The notes: generated by a model not told the origin, from the letters alone. A DNA stretch of 46,628 bases from Candidatus Heimdallarchaeota archaeon (GCA_019058275.1 JAHLVW010000019.1:1-46628); one strand, 5' to 3'; counted from the first letter of the stretch, positions 19,012-29,824 are shown. Translations and numbers: made by a program.

Positions 19012-19785
19012 TTAGGATAACTTTAGATCAAAAATAGTAATTGCATTTTTTGTTGTGATTTCTGCAACTTCCTCTTCTGGAACTTCTTTTATTTTAGCTA
19101 TTTCTTTAACTGCGTAAATTACATAAGCTGGTTCATTTCGTTTCTTATCAGGAAAGGGTGATAAATATGGAGAATCAGTCTCTGTAATTAAATACTCTAG
19201 AGGTACGATTTCTGCTAATCTTCGGTGTTTCTTTCTACTAGTAACTGATGTTGGAATAGAAATGAAATATCCCCTGTCCACACATTCTAATGCTGTTTCA
19301 ACATCACCTGCGAAACTATGCATAATAACTGGTGTTTCTGCTATAGATAAATCTTGTATGGAATCTTTTTCAGCTTCTCTACTATGAATTATTAAAGGAA
19401 GATCTAATTCATTAGCTAATTCTATGAATTGTTTGAAAATTGTGTGTTGCTGATTTCTAATTGCTTTATTTTTAACCCAATAGTAATCTAAACCAACTTC
19501 GCCTATACCGACAATCTCTTTCTTTTCAGCAAATTCTCTAATATTGAGAATTATTTTGTTAATATTTACTTCATGATAATTTGCTGGAGATGCACCAAGT
19601 GTTACAAAATTTTTTTTTGGATTATTTTTATGAATCCTAATGGATTGATTATACGAGTCTAAAAAAACTGGTGAATCAATTATAGCTAAAACATTGTTTT
19701 CAGCTGCATGTTGAAGGAGAACATTCAATTTCAAACCACGTTTTAGTGTATGACTGATATGGCAATGGGTGTCAATAGCTTTCAT
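19012..19785 (-). CDS. tatD: TatD family hydrolase/DNase
   Basis: IDTHCH, GIGEVGLDY, IIHSR, MHSF, ETDSPY, RNEP. Confidence 0.93.
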   Translation of the reverse strand: MKAIDTHCHISHTLKRGLKLNVLLQHAAENNVLAIIDSPVFLDSYNQSIRIHKNNPKKNFVTLGASPANYHEVNINKIILNIREFAEKKEIVGIGEVGLDYYWVKNKAIRNQQHTIFKQFIELANELDLPLIIHSREAEKDSIQDLSIAETPVIMHSFAGDVETALECVDRGYFISIPTSVTSRKKHRRLAEIVPLEYLITETDSPYLSPFPDKKRNEPAYVIYAVKEIAKIKEVPEEEVAEITTKNAITIFDLKLS

Positions 19786-19814
19786 TTATCTCATCACTCA
19801 AATTTGTAAATAGT

Positions 19815-20822
19815 TTATAATCCTAACTTGTTTTTATCCTCTAATAACATTAACATACCATTCCAAGATTTACTAAATCCTAATTTTTCATAGAGATTAA
19901 TAGCTGGAATATTTTCCTCATCAACACCAAGAGCAACTTCATTAATTTGTTGAGATTTTATTGTATAAAGATACAACTCTAATAAATGTTGAGCAATTTT
20001 TAATTTTCTAAATTCAGGAATTACACCAATTTCTAATACCATTCCTCTATTTTTTGATGTCGCAGTCAGTAACCCAGCACAAAGTTTCTTATTATATTTG
20101 GCAACAACACAATCTATCTTGAATCCTATTTCTAGGAATGACTGTCTTGTTTTTTTCAAAAAACTTTCAGTAATTTTAGGATTCCTGAGATTTTCAATCA
20201 CATGAAGTTTATCTTTTGATTTTGCATATGATTGGCTAATGGTTTGTACTAACTCATCTGTAATTTCATCTGACTTACTAATTTCTAAACCTTTAATTTC
20301 TGTCATATGATCTTCATTAAATGCTTTTGTAAAACAAATCATTTCCAATCTATTTGATTTCTTAGTAAATCCTATTCTCTCATAGAAAGTTCGATATAGC
20401 TTTATTTCTCTCATATCTTTTGACCAACATTCTGACCAAACATCAACAACCCCTTCACTTTGAGCTTGTTGTACCCCTGCCTTAACTAGTAATCTACCGA
20501 TGCCTTTTCGTTGGAATTTTGGTATAACTAATGGGAAGTGACTGATTATTCTAACTGCTTTAGGAACCCAATATTCATCCATTCGAAGTATTCCAACTGG
20601 TTTTTTAGCATAGTATGCGATAAGAAAACGATCAGCTTTCAGTTCTTTCCTAATGTCTTGCGAAAATGAGATTGAAACATCAAGTTCTGAGATATTTTGA
20701 TCTTTAATATAACGATTCATCCAACGGCAACTATTCATTGCAGTCAAAAAAGTTTTGGACCAATCAGTAGCATGATTTGAAGTTGCATTTAATATCTCAA
20801 CATCATCTTCATTTATCCTCAA
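19815..20822 (-). CDS. Tandem-domain GNAT acetyltransferase
   Basis: Two GNAT motif-A segments (VIPKFQRKGIG, VIPEFRKLKIA), plus FYERIGF and NIPAINLYEKLGF. Confidence 0.85.
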   Translation of the reverse strand: MRINEDDVEILNATSNHATDWSKTFLTAMNSCRWMNRYIKDQNISELDVSISFSQDIRKELKADRFLIAYYAKKPVGILRMDEYWVPKAVRIISHFPLVIPKFQRKGIGRLLVKAGVQQAQSEGVVDVWSECWSKDMREIKLYRTFYERIGFTKKSNRLEMICFTKAFNEDHMTEIKGLEISKSDEITDELVQTISQSYAKSKDKLHVIENLRNPKITESFLKKTRQSFLEIGFKIDCVVAKYNKKLCAGLLTATSKNRGMVLEIGVIPEFRKLKIAQHLLELYLYTIKSQQINEVALGVDEENIPAINLYEKLGFSKSWNGMLMLLEDKNKLGL

Positions 20823-21024
20823 AATATCATTTCCTGAATTACTAATTCCTATGTTTTACATAAAGTCTAAAAATTATTGCTTTAACTTGTAATAAAAGAT
20901 ACTGGTTGATAAACAACCATGTCTTTTTTAAAGAGATAATTAGTTTATAATCAAAGATAGTTGAAATTTCAGAATCACAATTACTAGTCTAGATTAATAG
21001 ACATAAGATTTGTGAGGTAAAATC

Positions 21025-22164
21025 ATGATAAAATTCATTGACCCACAAATAGGTCAAGAAGAAAAGGATGGAGTAAAAGAAGTTCTTGACTCAAAGTATT
21101 TAGCTGAAGGACCTGTAGCTAGAGAATTCGAAAAAAAATTCTCTGAATATACAGGAGCAAAACATGTAATTGTTACTTCTAATGGAACAACTGCACTACA
21201 TTTGGCAATTAGAGCATTAGATATACAACCTGGTGATGAGGTTATTACTACCCCATTTACTTTCATTGCTTCGAGTAATAGCATACTATTTGATGGTGCC
21301 ATTCCAATTTTCGCAGATATTGATCCTGAAACATATAATCTTAACCCAGCAAAGGTTGAGGAAAAGATTACAAAGAAAACAAAAGCAATTATGCCGGTTC
21401 ATATCTTTGGAAATCCTTGTGACATGAAAGCCTTAAAGGACATGGCAGACGACCATGATTTGAAGATTATTGAGGATGCATGCCAAGCTCATGGTGCAAG
21501 CATCGATGGAAAACATGTCGGGAATTTTGGAGACATTGGTTGCTTTTCATTCTATGCAACAAAAAACCTTACCTTCGGAGAAGGTGGTGCAATAGTAACT
21601 CAAGATGAAGACTTAAAGGATGAAATACTTTGTTTGAGAAATCATGGACGAACCCCTAAGGGCGGTTACCATCACACAAGGATTGGTTTTAACTACAGAA
21701 CTACCAATATTTGTTCTGCTATTGGATTAGCACAACTTGAGAAATTACCAACAATGCAGGAAGCTAGAACAAGAAACGCTAGTATCCTACAAAAAGAGCT
21801 AGCAGATTTGGAAGGATTTGCAATGCAAAAAACTCCAAAGGGCGGAAAACACGGTTGGCACATTGCTGCTGGCAGAACCGATAAAACTGATTTAACAGCT
21901 ACAAAGATTATCGAAGAATTGAAAGCAAACGACATTGGATCAAGACAAATCTATAATGTTCCTTCATATAAGCAACCTGCATACCTCGAACTAAACGATT
22001 ACTATTATTGGTCAAAATTCGTTAAATTCCCTGATTATAGTAAAGTATGTTGCCCAATATCCGAAAGGGTTGGAAAGAATCATTTTGAAATTCCGATTCA
22101 ACCTGGAGTAACAGAAGAAAACATGCAACATATTGTTTCAGTTTTACGAAAAATTTTCTCATAA
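21025..22164 (+). CDS. DegT/DnrJ/EryC1/StrS PLP-dependent sugar aminotransferase
   Basis: SNGTTALH, EDACQAHG, FSFYATKNL, GEGG, GFNYR. Confidence 0.93.
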   Translation: MIKFIDPQIGQEEKDGVKEVLDSKYLAEGPVAREFEKKFSEYTGAKHVIVTSNGTTALHLAIRALDIQPGDEVITTPFTFIASSNSILFDGAIPIFADIDPETYNLNPAKVEEKITKKTKAIMPVHIFGNPCDMKALKDMADDHDLKIIEDACQAHGASIDGKHVGNFGDIGCFSFYATKNLTFGEGGAIVTQDEDLKDEILCLRNHGRTPKGGYHHTRIGFNYRTTNICSAIGLAQLEKLPTMQEARTRNASILQKELADLEGFAMQKTPKGGKHGWHIAAGRTDKTDLTATKIIEELKANDIGSRQIYNVPSYKQPAYLELNDYYYWSKFVKFPDYSKVCCPISERVGKNHFEIPIQPGVTEENMQHIVSVLRKIFS

Positions 22165-22175
22165 AAGAAGCAATT

Positions 22176-22199
22176 TAATAAAATCAATTGATTTTATTA
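22176..22199. repeat. Perfect 24-bp palindrome at a convergent gene junction
   Basis: TAATAAAATCAA|TTGATTTTATTA; overlaps the iscU stop codon. Confidence 0.6.
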
Positions 22200-22577
22200 C
22201 TCTTTTTTATCTTTCTCTTCTCTATAGTTCTCAATTGCTTTGTGAAGTGCATCAGCAGCTAGATTACTGCAATGCATTTTGTGTGGAGGTAATCCATCTA
22301 ACTCTTTAGCAACATCATTTCTTGTAAGTTTCAGAGCGTCATCTAATGTCATCCCTTTCGCCATAACAGTTGTTATACTACTTGAAGCAATAGCTGATGC
22401 ACAACCAAATGTTCTGAATTTTATATCAGCAATTTTCTCATCTTTTACTTTGATTGTGATTTCCATAGTGTCGCCACATTTAGGATTGCCAACTATACCC
22501 AGACCATCAGCATCTTCAATTTTACCAACATTCTTGGGTTTGGTGAAATGTTCCATCACTTTTTTGCTGTATAACAT
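22197..22577 (-). CDS. iscU: Fe-S cluster scaffold, IscU/NifU-N family
   Basis: YSKKVMEHF, GNPKCGD, FRTFGC, LPPHKMHCSNLA. Confidence 0.95.
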   Translation of the reverse strand: MLYSKKVMEHFTKPKNVGKIEDADGLGIVGNPKCGDTMEITIKVKDEKIADIKFRTFGCASAIASSSITTVMAKGMTLDDALKLTRNDVAKELDGLPPHKMHCSNLAADALHKAIENYREEKDKKE

Positions 22578-22634
22578 TATTTTTACCTGCTTATTCACTC
22601 AATATTCTTAATTTATATCTAAAGATTAAACCTC

Positions 22635-23843
22635 TCAATGATCATCTTTCAAACTCATAACGAATTCTTCTGTATCCTTTCTAAAAGCTGACATTTCTCT
22701 TAGTTCGGAGATGATTTCAGGAATTTTTTTAATTACATAATCAACTTCCTTATCAGTATTCCATCTTCCTAAAGTTAACCTTAGTGAACCATGAGCAATT
22801 TCATGCCTAAGACCAATTGCTAATAGGACGTGTGAAGCTTCAAGTTTAGTAGTTGAGCAAGCTGAACCTGTTGATCCATAAATACCAATAGCATCTAACC
22901 TTAGAATTAAAGCTTCTCCTTCAACATATTTGAAGACTAGATTTGCGTTGTGAGGAAGTCGTTTCGTTCGATGACCATTTAGCTTCGAATCTTCTACTTT
23001 TAGAAGCTTATCAATCAATCGATTTCTCATTTTTGTTAAGCGTTTCTTTTCTTCTGGTAGTTTTTCAAGCGCTTTTTTTGTAGCCATCCCCAACCCGACT
23101 ATACCTGAAACATTTTCAGTACCTGAACGATAACCTTTCTCATGACCACCACCATGCATTATTGGTTCTAATCTTATTCCTTGCTTCTTGTATAAAGCTC
23201 CTACACCTTTAGGTCCATATATTTTATGTGAGCTTAGTGAAAGCAAATCAATGTTCAGTTTCTGTACATCTAATGGGATTTTACCTACTGTTTGAACTGC
23301 ATCTGTGTGGAATAATCCACCCGCATCATGAGTAATTTCAGCTAAATCCTTTACTGGTTCAATTGTACCTATTTCATTATTTGCATGCATTATTGAGACT
23401 AAAGCTGTTTCTTTTGTAATTTCTTTTTTCAAGACTTCTGGATCTACTAAGCCATATTCATCTACAGGAAGATATGTTACTTTAATGCCTTGGGTTTCTA
23501 AAAATTCAGCTGTTCTCAAAATTGCAGGATGTTCTATGACTGAGGTTATCATGTGTTTCTTTTTATTCCTTTTATTGAGCATTACACCTTTTAATGCAGT
23601 ATTATCTGCTTCTGTTCCACCAGAATTAAAGATTATTTCACGTGGTGCAGATGCTCCTATTAATTTGGCAACTCGCTCTCGTGATTCCTGAATTGCTATT
23701 GCAGCATTTCGACCAAGTTCATACATTTGAGAAGCATTACCGTATTCTTCAGAGAAGTACTTCATCATTTCTTTTTTTACTTCGGGATCAACAGCAGTAG
23801 TAGCACCATGATCCATGTAAACTCTCATAACTTCCTGTGGCAT
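22635..23843 (-). CDS. iscS: Group I cysteine desulfurase
   Basis: YMDHGATT, GGTEADN, HTDAVQ, SSHKIYGPKG, RSGTEN, TGSACS. Confidence 0.95.
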   Translation of the reverse strand: MPQEVMRVYMDHGATTAVDPEVKKEMMKYFSEEYGNASQMYELGRNAAIAIQESRERVAKLIGASAPREIIFNSGGTEADNTALKGVMLNKRNKKKHMITSVIEHPAILRTAEFLETQGIKVTYLPVDEYGLVDPEVLKKEITKETALVSIMHANNEIGTIEPVKDLAEITHDAGGLFHTDAVQTVGKIPLDVQKLNIDLLSLSSHKIYGPKGVGALYKKQGIRLEPIMHGGGHEKGYRSGTENVSGIVGLGMATKKALEKLPEEKKRLTKMRNRLIDKLLKVEDSKLNGHRTKRLPHNANLVFKYVEGEALILRLDAIGIYGSTGSACSTTKLEASHVLLAIGLRHEIAHGSLRLTLGRWNTDKEVDYVIKKIPEIISELREMSAFRKDTEEFVMSLKDDH

Positions 23844-24071
23844 AAAAATCAACCTTGTTTATTCATTCAAGCTTACTAGTCTTGTGAAATAACAAAAAGA
23901 TGTCCATTAAATTTCTTAAGTTTTTTAGCTCAAACCTTAATTAATTAAAGACATATATTTTGAATCCCACAAAAAGTAAACAAACCTTTTACATACAAAA
24001 AATTTGTGATATTTTAGGAAATCTTTTAACAGACGATCTTACTTATGTGTATTTAATATGGTGAGATCAAA

Positions 24072-25367
24072 ATGACTGGTAAGAAACCATCCTATAATGA
24101 ACAATTGAAGAAGTTTTCTGGCTTTTATAAACTCACAGGTTTAGAACGTTTAAGAATAATACAAGAGTATATTCCTGATTTAACAGAAGCAGAAATTGAA
24201 CTATTTTCTAAATCTGGTCCATTAGATATGGATACTGTTAATCGAATGGTTGAAAATGCTGTAGGTATTATGCCTATTCCTATTGGCTTAGCGGTTAATT
24301 TCTTGATTAATAATAAAATCTATTCAATACCAATGGCCATAGAAGAACCCTCAGTAATTGCTGCTGCATGTAATTCAGCAAAATTAACGTTATCAACTGG
24401 AGGTTTTACAGCATCAACAACAGAACAAATCATGATTGGACAAATACAAATCTTGGACTTATCTGAACCAGAAAAAGCAGTTAAAATTTTATTGAAGAAT
24501 AAAGCAAAAATCATTGATATCGCTAATACTTGTGATAAAACACTTGTTGATTTGGGTGGGGGAGCAAGAGATGTTCAAGCAAAGATCATTGATACAAGAG
24601 TAGGTAAAATGGTCATTTGCGAAATCCTCGTTGATTGTTTAGATGCTATGGGTGCAAATGCAGTCAATTCAATGACAGAAGTTCTCGCACCACTAATCGA
24701 AGATCTTACAGGTGGAAAGGTTCTCTTAAGAATACTATCGAATCTTGCTGATAAACGATTAGCATATGCAAAATGTGTTATTCCAAAAGAAAAGCTGGGT
24801 GGTGAGCACATTGTAGACAATATAGTCGCTGCTGCTGCTTTTGCTGAATCAGATCCTTATAGAGCTGCGACTCATAATAAAGGAGTAATGAATGGCATTT
24901 CCGCTGTTATTTTAGCAACAGCCAATGATACACGAGCAATTGAAGCTGGTGCACATGCATATGCTGTAAAAGATGGTCACTATGGATCATTGACAAAATG
25001 GATAAAAAATAACAATGGCGATTTGGAGGGTTCAATTGAAGTTCCTATGGCTGTAGGAATTGTTGGTGGAGCAACAAGAACAAACCCTATCGCACAGTTA
25101 GCCCTTAAAATACTAAGAGTGGAAAGTGCTTCTGAATTAGCTCAAGTTGCTGCTGTCGTTGGATTGGCACAGAATTTAGGTGCAATTAGGGCTTTAGCTA
25201 CAACTGGAATAATAAAAGGTCATATGAAACTCCATTCAAAGAATCTCGCTATTTCTGCTGGAGCTAAAGGAGAACTAATAGATAAAATAGCTGGAAAAAT
25301 GATTGAGGAAGATAATGTCAAATTCTCACGAGCAAAAGAACTAATAGAGGAAATGCAACAAAAATAG
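24072..25367 (+). CDS. hmgA: Class II (bacterial/degradative-type) HMG-CoA reductase
   Basis: ENAVG, EEPSVIAA, DAMGAN, YRAATHNKG, GHMKLH. Confidence 0.93.
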   Translation: MTGKKPSYNEQLKKFSGFYKLTGLERLRIIQEYIPDLTEAEIELFSKSGPLDMDTVNRMVENAVGIMPIPIGLAVNFLINNKIYSIPMAIEEPSVIAAACNSAKLTLSTGGFTASTTEQIMIGQIQILDLSEPEKAVKILLKNKAKIIDIANTCDKTLVDLGGGARDVQAKIIDTRVGKMVICEILVDCLDAMGANAVNSMTEVLAPLIEDLTGGKVLLRILSNLADKRLAYAKCVIPKEKLGGEHIVDNIVAAAAFAESDPYRAATHNKGVMNGISAVILATANDTRAIEAGAHAYAVKDGHYGSLTKWIKNNNGDLEGSIEVPMAVGIVGGATRTNPIAQLALKILRVESASELAQVAAVVGLAQNLGAIRALATTGIIKGHMKLHSKNLAISAGAKGELIDKIAGKMIEEDNVKFSRAKELIEEMQQK

Positions 25368-25502
25368 AATTCTAATTTATCATTTTTCACCTACAAAATA
25401 ACTGGTAGATATTCGACTTTATTCTTTTTAAATAAGGTTTACTTCCTTTAGACCATAGCTTAGTTTGAAAATAGTGTTAACTAAGCCTCGGGTGAAATTA
25501 GA

Positions 25503-27689
25503 ATGAGAACAAGTAGAAAACAAAGCCTGGCAATTGCTATCATATTTGTTATGGCAATACCATTAGTGCCTGCTTATGTTGTAGGTTGGCGAGCAGATGA
25601 AAGCTCAAATGATAGGTTATTTTCCCGACCTAAATTTTCAACGCACCAATGGTTAGCTTGGGAAGCAGTAAAATTGCTCGCTGATGCACAAGTTAGTTGG
25701 ATAACGAATAATTTGTATGCATTCTGGCATGGAGTTGAAGCTCCACTAAATAGCAATGCTAGCCTCCCTTACGGTTACACTAATAGTGATTATGGTGATA
25801 TAAACTCAACAGTTTTATATTTAGATGAGTTCGGATCAACTGTTACAAATGATGCTCTTGCAGTGAGAGCACAAGAAGAATATACTAAACTTGTAACAAT
25901 TCTTGTGGACGATAATGCAAATTTCACAGAAGCAGCTTTTCATGCTGGTACAATGAGTCATTATATTTCACAAGCAGGTTTCTGGGGAGCAATTTGGGAT
26001 GAATCTATATGGGCTGCCATGGAAATCAACAATTGGATACTCTTTGAAACTATGATTGAAAGAGAAAATTCAAAAACAAACTTTGATGTTCCTAATTTCA
26101 ACTACAGATATACTGATATGACTATATATGAAAATGATAATTTTACGTTATCACCAACAAAAATCGCAGCAAACGATGCTGAAAATGCCACAATTGATTT
26201 AGCTAAACAAATTCATCCTCTCGCTCAAAACCTTCATGATAATGTAGCAGAAGAGACATGGACAGGAGCTTATTACAATGACGTTGTAAGTTGTCTTACC
26301 TGGTCAGTTGAAGCTATCTATGCAACATTACTAAACGCTTTAGATGAAGTTTCATGGAGATATATTACAATCCCTGATCCAGTTATTGGTCCATACAATG
26401 CTACAACACATCATATGTCAATGGTGGAGTTCGAAGTAACCTTTACTAATAATACTGGAACTCATATTCTGAATGACAGCTTAGCTTCAGCAGCAGAATT
26501 ATGGTTTGTATATTATGATGATTATGATAATCCAAGTTCATTATCAACAGATAAAATGGATTTGGATTATAACATTACATCAGCTAAATGGTATTTAGGA
26601 GATACTTTAGCTCAATATACTGTTACCAACAGTAATCAATCTATTATTTACAAATTTGACATGCCTCGAGCAGCACCAACTTGGAGTAACATAACTACTG
26701 ATACTATCTTCATTGATTTCTTTAATACAACTTTATCTGGTTTAAGTTATAGATATGACTCTGTAAATAGAGAATTAGATATTTATAACATTGAAGCTTA
26801 TTGTTGGGATTTACCAGAAATCGGTTTAGTTCAAACAGATGAAATTGTAGAAGCAAAGTGGATACTTTACCAAAGTGGTGAAGGAACAACAGCTACAGGT
26901 GAACAATTTGGTGTACCAGCAAGAGATACTGAGGGAACTTTTATGGAAGGCGATTTATCGTATCATACATTAAATGGAACTTGGTATTCATATGATAATG
27001 ATATTGGTCTTGTATTTACTCCAATAGCAGTAGATTTTTATGTTGTTATACAATTCATTTTGAAAGTACCAATTGGTTATATCGACTATGGAACTGGTAC
27101 AGAAGCTGATAGATTCTTTCCATATATCCAACAAATTGGTCAAAAAGTATTTGACACAAGAGATCATCAAATAACTATTACTAAACCAATGATTAACTTT
27201 GATCCAGAAACTAAAACAATTGACATTTATGGCATACGTGCATGGTCTGATTACAAAAACACTTCATTAGACTACGAAGAAATTGTTAACAAAACAGTTC
27301 ATGGTTATGATAGACGAGAAGCCCGATGGAAAGTCTTTCTCTGGGATGGAATAGCATCAGGATTAACTGATCTTATGAATTGGAGTTTTGAACATCAATA
27401 CTGGTTTGTAGAGAATATATCTTTAGCAGATTTGCCTGACAATGACTACTATGTTTCTGCAAAATTCGTTAATATGAATATAAACTTTACAACATCTCCA
27501 TGGGGTCCAGCTTCAGATATATTTGAAATCAAAAGACCTATTCCAGTAATATACTTCATTCTACCAGAATTTTTCCTGGCTGGATTTGTTGTACTATTTG
27601 GTTGGTTGGCTTGGTATAGACCAAGAAAGAAGAGATTGCAAATAGAAGCTGAACGAGCTGAAAAGCTTGATCGAGGCTTTGGAGATTAG
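25503..27689 (+). CDS. Secreted, C-terminally anchored surface glycoprotein with an N-terminal Zn-phospholipase C/S1-P1-like domain (degenerate)
   Basis: Signal peptide; W...THQWLA; GTMSHYISQ; many NxS/T sequons; C-terminal TM followed by RPRKKR. Confidence 0.6.
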   Translation: MRTSRKQSLAIAIIFVMAIPLVPAYVVGWRADESSNDRLFSRPKFSTHQWLAWEAVKLLADAQVSWITNNLYAFWHGVEAPLNSNASLPYGYTNSDYGDINSTVLYLDEFGSTVTNDALAVRAQEEYTKLVTILVDDNANFTEAAFHAGTMSHYISQAGFWGAIWDESIWAAMEINNWILFETMIERENSKTNFDVPNFNYRYTDMTIYENDNFTLSPTKIAANDAENATIDLAKQIHPLAQNLHDNVAEETWTGAYYNDVVSCLTWSVEAIYATLLNALDEVSWRYITIPDPVIGPYNATTHHMSMVEFEVTFTNNTGTHILNDSLASAAELWFVYYDDYDNPSSLSTDKMDLDYNITSAKWYLGDTLAQYTVTNSNQSIIYKFDMPRAAPTWSNITTDTIFIDFFNTTLSGLSYRYDSVNRELDIYNIEAYCWDLPEIGLVQTDEIVEAKWILYQSGEGTTATGEQFGVPARDTEGTFMEGDLSYHTLNGTWYSYDNDIGLVFTPIAVDFYVVIQFILKVPIGYIDYGTGTEADRFFPYIQQIGQKVFDTRDHQITITKPMINFDPETKTIDIYGIRAWSDYKNTSLDYEEIVNKTVHGYDRREARWKVFLWDGIASGLTDLMNWSFEHQYWFVENISLADLPDNDYYVSAKFVNMNINFTTSPWGPASDIFEIKRPIPVIYFILPEFFLAGFVVLFGWLAWYRPRKKRLQIEAERAEKLDRGFGD

Positions 27690-27721
27690 TCATTTCATAA
27701 TTGACTACAGAAAATACAATT

Positions 27722-27760
27722 AAAGGACCTCTAAGGTTCTTTTCTATCCTTTTTTTCTTA
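27722..27760 (+). terminator. Hairpin plus T-tract
   Basis: AAAGGACCT-CTA-AGGTTCTTT followed by a T-rich run. Confidence 0.4.
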
Positions 27761-27838
27761 TTTTTAAAATCATACAAAGAATTATTTTAGGTTAATTTTA
27801 AATAAGATTTATTCATGTTCATGATATAAGGTGATAGT

Positions 27839-29641
27839 TTGTTATTTAGTAAAAAAGGAATCTCTGCAAAAATTATTCCATTAATGATTATATTAATTAT
27901 TTTTCCAGTAATATATTCAGCAAATACACATGCTGCAGCAAAAGATGATTATTTCTTTGATGTAAGCATACTTAGCGATAGTACTTCTGAAAATGAGGTT
28001 TTAGCAAATCTACTTGCACAAGAACTTAGAAGAATAAGAATAAACTCGCAGATTATTAGTCATCCTTCAGGAACTTTCGAAGCTGCAGTTACCTCAAAGG
28101 CATTTGATGTTGTTATTGTAGATATAGATTGGCCAAATAATGATGTTGATCCAACTTACATGTTTGCAGAGAATGGAGCTGTTAACTATTGGGGAATAGA
28201 CACTATAATGAGTGGAGGACAAGAGAATGAAGATTATCTATTAGAAGGAAAATTGGAAACTGATGAATCTCAACGTATTTCCATTTATCATGAATGGCAA
28301 GAAAATTTAATGGATAATATTTTACCTGTTATACCAATTTTTAATTCCATAACAACATACGTATCCTGGGATAATCTCAATGGTTGGGATCATGAAGAAG
28401 GAATAATTGCTTCTTTACCATATATGGATTGGTCAGGAAAACATCATCTAGATCAAAATCAAAGTGTCTTTGTTGATTATACAGATGAATGGGATATTCT
28501 TAATCCTTTATTTGTAGAAGATGATTTCTTTGCATCCTTAGTTGCAGAACCTTTGATTAGATTAGATAAGAATAATGAACCTGAAGGAGTCTTAGCGAAA
28601 AGCTGGTCATTCAATACAAATCAAACCATATTAACAATAAATCTAAGAGATGATGTATATTGGCAACCAGATATTGATGAGGTTTATACTAACGAGCTGT
28701 TCGATGCTGATGATGTTATTTTTTCGATTCAAATGTACCAAAACGTATCTACAATAGGTTCCTTTTACAAATGGATTAAAATGATTGATAGAGAAAATGA
28801 CACTACCATTCATCTGTACATCGATGGTGATCCTGATACATATGGATTACAACCTTATGCACCTACATTATACGATTTAGCAAAACTAATGCTTCCAGAA
28901 CATTATCTAAATGTAAGTGTTGAAGATGATGGTATTCCAAATACTACAAATGATAACTGGGGTACGTATGGTTTGAGAGGATTAGGCACTGGCATGTATT
29001 TCTTTAAATCATATAGCGAAGGAGTAGAGAGCATCTTCTCGCGAAATGACAATTGGTGGGGATCAACACCAGCTGGTTATGTTGAAGATCTTGAAATAGG
29101 TGAATACAAAGTTCGATTTCTAGCTGAATTGGAGCCTAAAATGCTTGAATTTCAAGCAGGAAGATTAGATGTTTTCAAGGATTATTATACTTATATGGAT
29201 GAATATGACGGTTCAACCTATCAGAAGCAAACAAAAACAGATTTTGATGTGACCTATCTAGGTTTCAATATGAAATCAGAACTTTGCCCTAACATAGGTG
29301 AACAAACGCTATGTGAAGATGGAACAATGTCCAAAGGTCTTGCTGTTCGAAAAGCAATTGCTCACATGGTTGATAAGAGTATACAGCAAGGTATGATGGA
29401 AATTGAGCTTGATATAATTGAATCACCTTTCTCAAATAAATTCGGTTCATATATCTATAATGAAATAACAACTTATGCTACGAATTTAGAGAAAGCGAAA
29501 GAATTCATGTTAAAAGCTGGTTATGATCCAAGTACTATAGCATCACCAGGATTTTCATTTTTAGGTACACTCATAACAACATTCATTGTCGCAGCAACCA
29601 CTACTATAACAGTCATTAGAAGAAACAGGAGACAAAGGTGA
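27839..29641 (+). CDS. ABC family-5 (peptide/nickel) solute-binding protein, circularly permuted, with a PGF-type C-terminal anchor
   Basis: LAKSWS...LRDDVYW, DADDVIFS, GTGMY, VRKAIAHMVD, NLEKAKEFMLKAGY; ends in SPGF + TM + RRNRRQR. Confidence 0.85.
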   Translation: MLFSKKGISAKIIPLMIILIIFPVIYSANTHAAAKDDYFFDVSILSDSTSENEVLANLLAQELRRIRINSQIISHPSGTFEAAVTSKAFDVVIVDIDWPNNDVDPTYMFAENGAVNYWGIDTIMSGGQENEDYLLEGKLETDESQRISIYHEWQENLMDNILPVIPIFNSITTYVSWDNLNGWDHEEGIIASLPYMDWSGKHHLDQNQSVFVDYTDEWDILNPLFVEDDFFASLVAEPLIRLDKNNEPEGVLAKSWSFNTNQTILTINLRDDVYWQPDIDEVYTNELFDADDVIFSIQMYQNVSTIGSFYKWIKMIDRENDTTIHLYIDGDPDTYGLQPYAPTLYDLAKLMLPEHYLNVSVEDDGIPNTTNDNWGTYGLRGLGTGMYFFKSYSEGVESIFSRNDNWWGSTPAGYVEDLEIGEYKVRFLAELEPKMLEFQAGRLDVFKDYYTYMDEYDGSTYQKQTKTDFDVTYLGFNMKSELCPNIGEQTLCEDGTMSKGLAVRKAIAHMVDKSIQQGMMEIELDIIESPFSNKFGSYIYNEITTYATNLEKAKEFMLKAGYDPSTIASPGFSFLGTLITTFIVAATTTITVIRRNRRQR

Positions 29642-29824
29642 ATTTGGAATTAAACAAAATCTCATGCTTACTTTCTATTTCTTAATTTGATTTATTTCAT
29701 TGATTGTTGAGCTCTACAAGTATGCCCGAAAAACATTAATTTAGCAATAACGAAGGTACATAAGGTAAAGTTTTGCTTAAATGGGTTATTAATAGATATA
29801 GCAAAAAATGGAGATAGTTATAAG

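Noticed and set aside
8266-25367. Link between the aconitase-like pair and the mevalonate pathway
   Set aside because: The archaeal phosphomevalonate dehydratase is AcnX-type, not LeuC/D-type, and hmgA is about 14 kb away.
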